Virus record (IMG/VR): IMGVR_UViG_3300037991_006036
Span: 58,294-122,293 of that record
Reading direction: 5' to 3' (one strand)
Length of the DNA: 64,000 nt
DNA from: a virus
Lineage: Duplodnaviria; Caudoviricetes
Shown: in pieces, positions 10,056 through 19,812 of the stretch
Position numbering within the stretch: the first letter of the stretch is position 1
Layout: each line of letters opens with the position of its first letter
Program-made: the position numbers and the translations under genes
The notes under the pieces: model-generated
The model's input: the letters and a program-made list of their open reading frames with translations, nothing else
Databases searched by the model: none
What the model was told of the DNA's origin: nothing

Positions 10056-12500
10056 TTATGCATCATCTTCATCTACATCTCCACTAGCAAAATCAATACC
10101 CTCCTGATCAATAGAAGTAGCACCAAAGTCTGCTTCTTCTTTGGGTGAAAATCTGTTTGGTGGTGTTGCGTTTTCGGTCAAGTCTCCTGCATCAACAGCG
10201 TCTGTGTATGCTTGTTTACCAGCTTCTACTGTGTCTAGAGTAGGTTCTGGAGAGGCTGGAAGACCTAATGGTTGTACTAATAAATATTTGAATTCTGTTT
10301 TACCAGACGTATCCCACACTGGCTGCTGTACAAGACTTTTTGCAATTCCAGCTACTGTCACATTGTTAGGTGGTATTGTGTATGTAGAGTGTTTTTCGGA
10401 TGCTATATCTCTATTTGGTACAAGTTGTAGTTTCATTTTTGTAATAGCACATCTAGGTTCTCCATATGCAAAATAGGGTTGTGGTACATTTTCAGCAGTA
10501 CCTTCTACACTAAACAAGTTATTGTATATATCGCTCTGATTCCAATTTTTTGATATAGCAGAATCATCATTTCTCGATGGTGTGTCGTTTGCAAACCTTA
10601 CAGTTATAGATATTCGTCTGGTTCCTATTGGAATATCAATGTCTCTACCTACAGCAAAAAATGCTTCAGCTCCAGCACCCTGATCAACTGCCAGATTTTT
10701 ACGCTTATCATCTACAATATCTTTATACCAATCGTTTTCTCGTATCCATGTGTCTTTGGGATATCCTTTGTTCCATTGTGAATAAAACGATCCATATCTT
10801 TTTGCTAAAAATCTAATATTAATGTCATCAACGTTAGGAGACACTGCTCCAGTAAACTGTCCAACTGTAACACCTCCTGGACCGTTACTACTCTCTATTA
10901 CAGACTTATCAAACATTCCTAAACCACTTTCGGGTTCTTCTGATAAAAGTTTAAATAGTGATTTTGTGTTAGTGTATTTTTGGCCATAGAATAAAATGTC
11001 ATGGCCTGAGTCATTATCATCGTCATCGTCAAAAAAAGCATATATTGGAAACAACATTAATCCAATGTCTACCTTCTCTTTCACAGCCCATAAGTCTATA
11101 GCTTGAGGTCCTTTAAGAGTTTCTTGTTTTGTTTCTATAAGTTCTTGATTAAAGTATGTTATGTCTATTTCTGTAGTATCGTCTGTACAAGGTATTATTT
11201 CGATTGGAGTTAGTGGATCACATGTTATTGGTGCAATACCTCCTCCAGCTAAAAAGTTTTTATATGATTCGTAATCATAAACAAGCCATGGATAATCCAC
11301 AACATCTCCATTTTGTATCACTCTAATCTTATATCTACTCAAAGCAATTCCAACATATGAGAAGAATTGTGCTGTCATATAATCAACACCTCCTACTTGT
11401 CCGTCTACTAAGTTAGCTACTTCACTTATGTCGATAGTTTGGGTAAAATCATGCTCCTCATCTTCGTTGAATTCAATTAAGTCTCTTGTAAAATAGCTTG
11501 TTGGTCTTACCCCTTTTTTTAATTCCTCTTCTAGTGGATAAAATCCTTGACGTACTGATTCATTTCTGTTATAACGATCAATAAACGCTGGTGCTGGAAA
11601 GTATCCTTGTGGAGCATTTTCGTTATCTATATCTTCGTTTGGAATAATACTTGCTCTCTGTGCTACACTAGCATAATTAAACCAATCAGATATCTTAGCT
11701 TTCATTGCATCAGAGGTCGGTATGTCTAAATTTAACAAGTCTGGTTCTTTACTAGACCATAAATTGTACATTGGATAAAATAAGTTCCATTTATTTATCT
11801 GTGTGTTAAATCTAAAAGGAAGAGGTGGTGTGTAATCTGGATCAGTGACTGGAATTACTGGATAGTCGCTAGTGTATCTTGTCATGGTGTTTGGAGTATA
11901 TCTTGCTGAGTTGTTTCCAACTACTGATATTATTTTACCACTAGGATTAGTCCAGTTTTCTAATCCAAACTCTCCATCTCCGTTTTTGATTAAATTTGTA
12001 TACAAGATTGCACTACTGTCTAAATCGATTACTTGCAGTGTAAATGGTACTGTACGTGTTGTGCCAAATTCGTTTGATACCTCACACACATACTCACCTT
12101 CAATTTCACCAGTGCATTGTTCTTCTGAAAATTCTATGGCAGTTACACCAAGTCCATCATTTTGATTATTAATTGTAAATAGCGAGTTTCCATCTCTTTT
12201 CCACACAAATTGCAAATTTGAAATATCATTTATGTTATTAACATTAGATGGATCAACACAAAAAAACTCAAACCTAACTCGCGTACCCTTTCTTACAGTA
12301 AACACATCGAATATAGGATTCACTTGTTTGAAAGCTAAACTACCGTCTGAATCAACTGATGCCCATGTTAGTTGAGAAAAGTTACGTATTGGATGTGAAG
12401 TAATTACCGGAGGTTGTGGGTTATCCGGTAACAAAGCAAAGTCCCCTACACGTAGTGCGTCATCTGGTTTAGCTGTTTTTATGTTTACTCTTTGTTTCAT
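10056..12500 (-). CDS. Ig-domain virion protein
   Basis: Ig I-set-like signature (FVWKRDG..GEYVCEVSNEFG) followed by YTNLIKNGDG; paralogous to the next gene. Confidence 0.65.
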   Translation of the reverse strand: MKQRVNIKTAKPDDALRVGDFALLPDNPQPPVITSHPIRNFSQLTWASVDSDGSLAFKQVNPIFDVFTVRKGTRVRFEFFCVDPSNVNNINDISNLQFVWKRDGNSLFTINNQNDGLGVTAIEFSEEQCTGEIEGEYVCEVSNEFGTTRTVPFTLQVIDLDSSAILYTNLIKNGDGEFGLENWTNPSGKIISVVGNNSARYTPNTMTRYTSDYPVIPVTDPDYTPPLPFRFNTQINKWNLFYPMYNLWSSKEPDLLNLDIPTSDAMKAKISDWFNYASVAQRASIIPNEDIDNENAPQGYFPAPAFIDRYNRNESVRQGFYPLEEELKKGVRPTSYFTRDLIEFNEDEEHDFTQTIDISEVANLVDGQVGGVDYMTAQFFSYVGIALSRYKIRVIQNGDVVDYPWLVYDYESYKNFLAGGGIAPITCDPLTPIEIIPCTDDTTEIDITYFNQELIETKQETLKGPQAIDLWAVKEKVDIGLMLFPIYAFFDDDDDNDSGHDILFYGQKYTNTKSLFKLLSEEPESGLGMFDKSVIESSNGPGGVTVGQFTGAVSPNVDDINIRFLAKRYGSFYSQWNKGYPKDTWIRENDWYKDIVDDKRKNLAVDQGAGAEAFFAVGRDIDIPIGTRRISITVRFANDTPSRNDDSAISKNWNQSDIYNNLFSVEGTAENVPQPYFAYGEPRCAITKMKLQLVPNRDIASEKHSTYTIPPNNVTVAGIAKSLVQQPVWDTSGKTEFKYLLVQPLGLPASPEPTLDTVEAGKQAYTDAVDAGDLTENATPPNRFSPKEEADFGATSIDQEGIDFASGDVDEDDA

Positions 12501-12503
12501 AAT

Positions 12504-15500
12504 CTAGTCTAGTGTGGGAGTATATCTACTATAATCTAAATCTGGGTCTGTTACACCTCCACTAACCGTTTCAATTTGTTCTATCTTAATATTTTTTACA
12601 ACATACTCTACGTTTCTTGAATCATCTTCACCACTTAACGGTGTACCTACAAACGAATCCGCAAATACAACATCGGCTCCTTCTCGCGCTGTTTCAAAGC
12701 CATTAATTTTATTTGCTAATGTTGATGGTCGCACACCATATAGGCATACCCTATAATTAGGATCTGGAGCCATTGAACCGCTTCCATCAACGTCTATCAT
12801 AGGAATTCCTAATCCTCCTTGTAATCTGGATCGAGTTAAAAACTCGTCAGGTAGTGGAATACCAGCTGTGGTTGTTTGTGAGCCTGCTGCTTTTTCTATA
12901 TCAATTATCACAGGTTTCATGTTTATAGACTCACTACCAAAAGATTTATAAACCTTTGTACCAGTTGTTGTTGTGTTATCTTCTGGAGTTAATCCTTGTA
13001 CTGCAAATGCGGTAGTTGCACTTGGATCGGCAAGATTTGTTATATCGTTTGCGGACGGAAATTCAAAGCTGTCAAAGCTCGGTAAATATTCAACACCTCC
13101 TAAGTTTGGTGTTTTGTGAATTATAGCTTGATCTGCTCGACAATCTAAATAATAATTATCTACAGCATACAAACTTCCAGTACTGTCTATACTTTCGCTT
13201 ACGTTATGTACACCAAGCGTAATAACAAATCTACTTTCTTGCATCCAAGTAGTTTCTTTCTCATCCATCTTAGGTTTGAAAAAACCTTGGCCTGGTGAGA
13301 AAGGTCCGTTATTCCAATTTTGTATATATTGTCTGTAATTTAGATCTGAACCTGGAACAGCCCAGTATGTGTATTTTTGAAGAGCATCTGTTGCTACAGA
13401 TCCAGTTTTATATATGTTTAATTTGTCCACATCTCTTAGAGAGTACCAATATATTGGAAATCTTGGAGCTATGGTAGGATTAGGGTCAAACAGTTTGTTT
13501 GTTACTCCCTTATTTAAAGCCTTATCGTGTAGTTGAGTATATCTTGTTCGTAGTTGATCTTCTATAGGTTGTATGTATATTGGCGACAACAAGCCGTTTG
13601 TTTTTACCATATTGTTAAACAATCCACCTGGTGGATTTGTGTTTAAATTTGAGCTACCTTCTATTGTAGGTGCTGATGGTATTGTAGTTATTGAGCTTGG
13701 TAGAAATGGAAACAATCCAGGAACATATTGTTCTACGTTCTTATTTGACGGTTTGCTTGGATTGTATGTTTCTACCTTTATGTTAATATTGTTTTGATCT
13801 TTTATTAATGCAAAACTAACATCAACATGTTTAGTTTGTACTTCTGTTGAAACAGTTTTATCGACAATTGGTCCTGGTACTAATGCTTTTACAACTTCGT
13901 TTTGAGTATATATGTTGTTTACTGCTGCTCTTATAGAGGCTTCTTTTCCTATTTCATTAGGAATTAAACACAAGTTGAATCCAGTTGCAAATGCTTTTGA
14001 TAATGGTGATTTTGGCAATCGCTGTTCAACAGAATCTGGCCAAGAAGCGCTTGTTCTGTATTCATTTCTTATCACATCGACAATTCTACGCTCTGTGGGA
14101 GGATCGTTTGTTTTGTTGGCTGGACTATTTTGTTGATAAGTACCTTGCCAACCAGGCTGAGCAAATACACCACCCCTGAGAGAAGTTACTGGTAAACCGG
14201 TTTTTGTTTCTTGCATTACAAATCCTAGATCACCCATTACTTCGATTGTAAAGTTGATGCGAATTTTATTTGTTTTAGGATTAAGGAATGGTATTTCAAT
14301 TTTATGAAACTCTGCATATTGACCATATGTGTATCGGTCAGCTATGTTTGGAACAAGCTCATCTATTATATACAGATGTACATCTCGACTATCACCAGTC
14401 AGAGATGCTGGTAATGCATCATCGCCAGGATCAGCAAAATATCTTTGGTTTCGGTAATTTGGTATTCTACTATTCCATGGATCGAGTACACGTTCCAAAA
14501 TTTTTCGTGGATTACCAGCTGCATCTAAGCTAAGCAATCTCTCTTCTCTATCATACTCCTCAATCTCAACATAAATTTTTTCTTGCACAAATCCTGGTCC
14601 CATTTTTCTAAAATTGAAATATCCTACTCTTGGACTATCAATATCATAATTCTCAATGTCAGCTATTGTGTCGGGTGTTACGTTTGGAAAGGCTGGAATA
14701 AAATTGTGTATAGCCATTCCTAAGTAAAAAGATACAACAGCTCTAACTCCACCTACTCCGTAAATAGATCCATTTATCTGGTTTTGGATTTCTGATAAAT
14801 CTATATCTTGATAAACTTCTAACGTATTAGATCCACCATTAAGGAGATATTCGTGATTTTCTTTACTAAAGTAAGAGTTGAGATTTTTTAGTGGATTGTT
14901 TTGTAGAGTACCTCCATCTAGTTGATATGGTTTAGGATGCAACATTTCTTTTGTCCAACGAAAATCTGGATTCATTGGGTCAACAGCTATTCTTTTATCA
15001 CGAAATCCATTCGATCTTTGTATTAGTTTTCGTGAAATAACATCACCTCCCACTGTATTCCAGTTATCTACCGATAACTCACCATCTACTCTACCATTTG
15101 GATTTTGTATAAGATTAGTGTAGAAAAAACTATCGAAATCTGAATTGAAGACTTCTAAATTTATTGAGCCACCATCAGTAGCTCCTATATCGTTAGACAC
15201 TAAACATCCATAAGTTCCAGCAAATTGCGGACATATGTTTTTAATTGTTAATGTATTGCCGCTTACTATTCTTGATGATCGTAGCTCAGGAATTGCATCG
15301 TTAGCTACAATATTTTCGCCATCAAGATTCCATCGATATGTAAGTTCCGTTTTAGGTGGAATAATTTCCAACACTCCATTCTCTACATTGAATACGTCAG
15401 GTTGTTCTGCTTCAATTCGCAATACAATTGTAGTTCCAGCATGCACTTTAACTGTACCATCTGGGAACAAATACATATGATCTCCTTGTAGAGACGTTCT

Positions 15501-15830
15501 TGCTGCTGCATACGGTTTTACTGATGGAGTAGAAGCATCTGCAATTGGTTTTGTTATTATTGGAGGTTTATTTGCTAATACTGGAAGTAAATCATATACT
15601 GTATCGTTTTCGTTTAGATCTGTGTTTGGTGATATTGTTTGTAGTGGTCGTGTTTTGCGTTTTCTTCTATTCGTTGTTGCTACTATAACTTCGGAATCAG
15701 TTGAATGTCCAGTTCCAGTCATAAGTGCTCCAGATGGCATCTTATGAAAAGCACCAATGTAAGGTTGGCCAGTTAACGTAACGTACTCACCTTCCTTCGC
15801 ATAGAATATGTTTTGTTCGTTGTATTCCAT
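12504..15830 (-). CDS. Ig-domain virion protein
   Basis: Ig signature (YRWNLDG..GNTLTI..GTYGCLVSNDIG) followed by YTNLIQNPNG. Confidence 0.65.
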   Translation of the reverse strand: MEYNEQNIFYAKEGEYVTLTGQPYIGAFHKMPSGALMTGTGHSTDSEVIVATTNRRKRKTRPLQTISPNTDLNENDTVYDLLPVLANKPPIITKPIADASTPSVKPYAAARTSLQGDHMYLFPDGTVKVHAGTTIVLRIEAEQPDVFNVENGVLEIIPPKTELTYRWNLDGENIVANDAIPELRSSRIVSGNTLTIKNICPQFAGTYGCLVSNDIGATDGGSINLEVFNSDFDSFFYTNLIQNPNGRVDGELSVDNWNTVGGDVISRKLIQRSNGFRDKRIAVDPMNPDFRWTKEMLHPKPYQLDGGTLQNNPLKNLNSYFSKENHEYLLNGGSNTLEVYQDIDLSEIQNQINGSIYGVGGVRAVVSFYLGMAIHNFIPAFPNVTPDTIADIENYDIDSPRVGYFNFRKMGPGFVQEKIYVEIEEYDREERLLSLDAAGNPRKILERVLDPWNSRIPNYRNQRYFADPGDDALPASLTGDSRDVHLYIIDELVPNIADRYTYGQYAEFHKIEIPFLNPKTNKIRINFTIEVMGDLGFVMQETKTGLPVTSLRGGVFAQPGWQGTYQQNSPANKTNDPPTERRIVDVIRNEYRTSASWPDSVEQRLPKSPLSKAFATGFNLCLIPNEIGKEASIRAAVNNIYTQNEVVKALVPGPIVDKTVSTEVQTKHVDVSFALIKDQNNINIKVETYNPSKPSNKNVEQYVPGLFPFLPSSITTIPSAPTIEGSSNLNTNPPGGLFNNMVKTNGLLSPIYIQPIEDQLRTRYTQLHDKALNKGVTNKLFDPNPTIAPRFPIYWYSLRDVDKLNIYKTGSVATDALQKYTYWAVPGSDLNYRQYIQNWNNGPFSPGQGFFKPKMDEKETTWMQESRFVITLGVHNVSESIDSTGSLYAVDNYYLDCRADQAIIHKTPNLGGVEYLPSFDSFEFPSANDITNLADPSATTAFAVQGLTPEDNTTTTGTKVYKSFGSESINMKPVIIDIEKAAGSQTTTAGIPLPDEFLTRSRLQGGLGIPMIDVDGSGSMAPDPNYRVCLYGVRPSTLANKINGFETAREGADVVFADSFVGTPLSGEDDSRNVEYVVKNIKIEQIETVSGGVTDPDLDYSRYTPTLD

Positions 15831-15840
15831 GCTTTGTTGT

Positions 15841-16962
15841 TTATTGTCTTTCTATCTTGAATATAAAATTGTGATCCCGTACTTCATAACTCACACCATC
15901 TTCTTCTGGTACTTTAATCATTATTCTATAATATCGCTCAGGCTGAAAGCTATCTAAATGTAATCTAAAGAAGCTGCCTCGGCTGTCTGATGCCATATAT
16001 GTGTATTTTGAAAATGGTATCACAGCATCATCAGAATTTGCATAATAGACAGCATATTGTGATCCAGTTGGAAGTCTGAATGAGTCTAAGAATAGTGATG
16101 ATGTTTGGTATACTAGAGCTGGATATCTGTATCGTGGAGCGAAATTAAACTTAGGTCTTGCTGTTTCTTTGTAAACTTCTCTCAAGTTAGTACACACTAA
16201 ATTGTAATCTTCCTCTGTATCTAATACTGCAAGTGAACCGGTATTTGTTTGATAACTAGACTCGTCATACCTTGCTTCAATTACTGGAGAATATATAGTG
16301 TGAGTTTCTTTGCTATAAAATCCTAAGTTTCTAAACTTGTTCAAGGATGTTTCATCAGCTTCAGTCTTCTTTATAATTAACCCATTAAAGCTAATAGATC
16401 CGTTCTGTACTTCTCGTATAATAGATGTGATATCCATATCAACATCTGTAGTTGTATAGCTGAAAGATTGTGTAGCTTGGCTTGATGTATACCAGGTTCC
16501 TCCTCCAGGATTAACTGAATATGATCCAGTTGATAGTGCCGCAAAGGATGCGGTCAACCATGCTGTGCTTGGTGTTTCCTTTCCTTCTCTATAATACCAA
16601 CTACATCCTTCTGTCGTTGCGGGAGTAGTTCCTTTTTTTCCTATTCCCATATTCCATGATTGTGATACTGGAAAGGCTTCTATTGTGTAGTCGAGTGGAA
16701 TCTCATCTGCTTGTGTAGCATATAATCTTAATCCAAAATCAAAAGTATTTGGATCGTATCCTAAATCTACAATACTTTTTGATATAGCGGTATAATCAAA
16801 ATCTAGTAATATACGAGAATTAAAGCTCGACGTTGCAGCAGCTCCAGTAGATCCTGTGGCTGCTTGTTTTGATATCTCCAATATACTATCCAAACCGGTA
16901 TTTGTCTCCGGTGAGTTTTCATATATTGTTGCGTCCTTTGTTGGGTAAAATCTTAATATCAT
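15841..16962 (-). CDS. Virion protein with DNRLRE-like beta-sandwich N-terminus
   Basis: FYPTKDATIYE..NTGLD..SRILLDFD..LRLY pattern; adjacent to the baseplate genes. Confidence 0.5.
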   Translation of the reverse strand: MILRFYPTKDATIYENSPETNTGLDSILEISKQAATGSTGAAATSSFNSRILLDFDYTAISKSIVDLGYDPNTFDFGLRLYATQADEIPLDYTIEAFPVSQSWNMGIGKKGTTPATTEGCSWYYREGKETPSTAWLTASFAALSTGSYSVNPGGGTWYTSSQATQSFSYTTTDVDMDITSIIREVQNGSISFNGLIIKKTEADETSLNKFRNLGFYSKETHTIYSPVIEARYDESSYQTNTGSLAVLDTEEDYNLVCTNLREVYKETARPKFNFAPRYRYPALVYQTSSLFLDSFRLPTGSQYAVYYANSDDAVIPFSKYTYMASDSRGSFFRLHLDSFQPERYYRIMIKVPEEDGVSYEVRDHNFIFKIERQ

Positions 16963-16963
16963 G

Positions 16964-18904
16964 TTAGTAGTTTACAATTCGTCCTTTAATATCGTTATCT
17001 GGAAGCTTCACTTCAAATATCATTGGATCAAGACTTGGATATATAATTCCGTTTCTTGTTGCTTCTTTTATGTTGTATGCAATATTACTATAACCTAAAC
17101 TAGAATCATTCAGATTGTTTATTACCACATTTGTTACTGTTTGTACTCCAGGCTGTCTTAATAAGATATTGTAAATGTCTGTGTATTGTATTGGTTGGTT
17201 TATTTGCCATTTTTCAACATCAAAATAATCTTTTATGGCATTCACACAAGTTAGTAATACTTGATTTGCGTTTCGATCACCAAGTGGTATAATGTCAAAG
17301 TTTACTTGAATATTAATGATAAACGCATCTCTCAAATTAATACTATCTGTCAACATTCTATATTGTGATAGATATGTTTTAAGGTTTTCTTTTACAGCTC
17401 GATTTGTTGTGGTTAGGTTCTTATTAGAATCGTAACCTAACACATACATATTCATAGCTAGTGGGTTAGATACGGTATCTGTAGTATCACTAGTCAGTAG
17501 GTTGTTTTGCTCATCTGGAGTGATAAACACCTTGCTAACGCTTCCAAACTTAGGTGGCATTGTTATTGCTCTCACCATATAATCATCCCGAGTAACTGCT
17601 CGATTTTGTGATGATAATTGTTTGATTGCATTTTGACGCACCTCATCTAAAGTTTCTTGAGATCTTCCTCCAAATGCTGGATTTGGATTGTTGCATGCTA
17701 CAGAGTTTAAAACTGTAGTGTTTAGTGTTCCAGTATTTGGAAATCCGTTTGTGTTGGTGTCTAGTGCTGTTATGTTGGTGATAGTATCACTTGTAACATT
17801 AGATCTTATTCCTCCTCCAGTCAAGTAAGTGACTGTTAGTGTTGTGTTGGAAGGTGCAATACCATATGCTTTTGTTACTCCTGGAGAATTGGGATCAATC
17901 GATTGGTCAATGTTTATTTTTCCAGTAGGTAAGTTTAATCCTATATTTTCTGGTGTAGGTAAAAGCTCTTCGTCAGCTGACGTACTTATTCCGCTACCAA
18001 ATTGAATTTCAATTCCATCATCCAGTATGCGAGTAACAAAACGTCTTGGTACTTTTTTTAATTTTAATAGATATGGTATTTCATCACTATATACAGCAGC
18101 ATCTGGATCATTTAGAGCTGTGTTTTGTATTGACTCAAATACAGTATCTTGAGCGAGGTATGGTACTTCTGTCCAAGTGTTTCCATCTGAATCTACTATT
18201 GAGTCGATTCCAATAAAGGTTGGAGTGTTAATATCGTCAAAGGGTATCTTAAATTTGTAAAACTTTTTTACAGCTCCAACAACTTCTTCATAAACTGTTG
18301 GTGTTGCTGATACTGCTTTTGCTGTTTTTTTAGCTAAGTAATATTCTGGATTACCAGCGGCATCAATACTATACACTTGAAATTCAATTGGATCATCTGC
18401 TGTATCTATAGAAAAATCAACAGCTTCTTGTATATAAAAATCAACAGTATCGCTTTGGTCTTGGCTTTGATAAGTGTTATCAATTAAAGTAGATAAAGTA
18501 GCTTGTGCTTGCATTCCAGGTTGGATACGTAGTGCATATCTCATATCAGGAGCTGCATTATCACCCGTACCAGTTGAAGGCATTAATTGAAATATGTCTA
18601 AGTCTACATTTGCAGGAACACTTGTAAGAGGCTTGTATCCCATTGCTGCTGCAATAGCTAACACGTTTCTTCTTTCTGTTGCTTGAAGCAGTTGAGATTC
18701 TTTAAACTGCGAATCTATATAATAGTTTAATGTATCACCAACATACGCCATCAACTCTAAAAACATCATTCCAGGTGATGCCTCATTGAAATCGTTGTAG
18801 GTGTTTGGATAATAATTTTTAACAAACTCAACTAAGCCTTGTTTGATTGTATCAAAATCTCTTCCTAAGTATTCTATATTTTTTGATGGATCGTATTCTG
18901 GCAT
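16964..18904 (-). CDS. Baseplate wedge protein (T4 gp6 / baseplate J-like)
   Basis: RDFDTIK..NDFNEASPGMMFLELMAYVGD; FGSG; GGRSQET..QNRAVTRDDY are hallmark motifs. Confidence 0.9.
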   Translation of the reverse strand: MPEYDPSKNIEYLGRDFDTIKQGLVEFVKNYYPNTYNDFNEASPGMMFLELMAYVGDTLNYYIDSQFKESQLLQATERRNVLAIAAAMGYKPLTSVPANVDLDIFQLMPSTGTGDNAAPDMRYALRIQPGMQAQATLSTLIDNTYQSQDQSDTVDFYIQEAVDFSIDTADDPIEFQVYSIDAAGNPEYYLAKKTAKAVSATPTVYEEVVGAVKKFYKFKIPFDDINTPTFIGIDSIVDSDGNTWTEVPYLAQDTVFESIQNTALNDPDAAVYSDEIPYLLKLKKVPRRFVTRILDDGIEIQFGSGISTSADEELLPTPENIGLNLPTGKINIDQSIDPNSPGVTKAYGIAPSNTTLTVTYLTGGGIRSNVTSDTITNITALDTNTNGFPNTGTLNTTVLNSVACNNPNPAFGGRSQETLDEVRQNAIKQLSSQNRAVTRDDYMVRAITMPPKFGSVSKVFITPDEQNNLLTSDTTDTVSNPLAMNMYVLGYDSNKNLTTTNRAVKENLKTYLSQYRMLTDSINLRDAFIINIQVNFDIIPLGDRNANQVLLTCVNAIKDYFDVEKWQINQPIQYTDIYNILLRQPGVQTVTNVVINNLNDSSLGYSNIAYNIKEATRNGIIYPSLDPMIFEVKLPDNDIKGRIVNY

Positions 18905-18905
18905 A

Positions 18906-19346
18906 TTAATAGCTTGTTTCAGGGTTATCGTTTTCTAATGTAACGTCTATTTGTCTGGTATCGAATTCGTTCCCAATCAAGTTTATATTTAACGTGATAC
19001 CAATTAAATTAGGATTAGTATCGGATCTAGAAACTGTCAGTTTTTGTATATTAATGTACGGTAATTGTACTTGAAAATTGTCACGAATAGTTTCTTCTAC
19101 TTCTTCTACAAATTCATCAGTGGCGTTATCGAACAAGACTCCTCTTAAATTGCATCCAAAACTTGGACGCATTGGTCTTTCTCCATGATTCGTTAGTAGT
19201 AAATTTTTAGCATTAGCTACTGCTTGATCTATGCTAGCATAATTCAATTGAAATGTAGAACCAGCACGTCCATTCATAGGTAAATCAATACCTATTGCTA
19301 CATCTTTTTCAAAATCTAATGCTGGTTGGTTTATCTCAATTGCCAT
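18906..19346 (-). CDS. Baseplate wedge subunit (T4 gp25 / GPW-like)
   Basis: NLLLTNHGERPMRPSFGCNL motif; directly upstream of the gp6-like gene. Confidence 0.9.
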   Translation of the reverse strand: MAIEINQPALDFEKDVAIGIDLPMNGRAGSTFQLNYASIDQAVANAKNLLLTNHGERPMRPSFGCNLRGVLFDNATDEFVEEVEETIRDNFQVQLPYINIQKLTVSRSDTNPNLIGITLNINLIGNEFDTRQIDVTLENDNPETSY

Positions 19347-19777
19347 TATCCTCTATTATACTTTTTATCGTGTATTGCTGTTGCTGATTTTAATACTTGT
19401 GAATAATCTTTAACAAATGCTGATGTTGGATCATTTGGGTTTACTGCTGGCATTGTATCCTGCATCATATGTCCAAATCCTTGAGCTTGATCAGCAGTGA
19501 ATTGTGAAGCCATATCTGGATATGCTCCGTCATCTCCTATTGGAGCTGATAGACCGCTTCTCATAGCGTTAGCTGTTTCAGCCAATATTCCATCCAAACT
19601 AGTATTTCCAGTTTTTGGAATTGGTTTTTGAGTTACTGGAGCGTGTGTAGTGCTCTGTATATCTCTTACCGGTTGTTTGTTTGTCTTTAGTGCTTCTTTC
19701 AGCTCTTCTCGTATAACTGTTCGCACTTCTTTTTTAATGATCTCTTTTAAGATCTTTGCAAAATCTACTGCTTTCAT
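19346..19777 (-). CDS. Hypothetical late protein
   Basis: 143 aa. Helical N-terminus KILKEIIKKEVRTVIREELKE; preceded by the late motif. Confidence 0.7.
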   Translation of the reverse strand: MKAVDFAKILKEIIKKEVRTVIREELKEALKTNKQPVRDIQSTTHAPVTQKPIPKTGNTSLDGILAETANAMRSGLSAPIGDDGAYPDMASQFTADQAQGFGHMMQDTMPAVNPNDPTSAFVKDYSQVLKSATAIHDKKYNRG

Positions 19778-19795
19778 AATAATTGTGTTGTTTTA

Positions 19796-19803
19796 TATAA
19801 ATA
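19796..19803 (-). promoter_or_regulatory. Putative late promoter TATTTATA
   Basis: Intergenic copy (CTATTTATATA) upstream of 19777. Confidence 0.55.
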
Positions 19804-19812
19804 GGCAAGTTT

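Noticed and set aside
19346-19777. KILKE N-terminus as a class-B leader
   Set aside because: Only a partial match within a longer helical repeat, so it was not counted.
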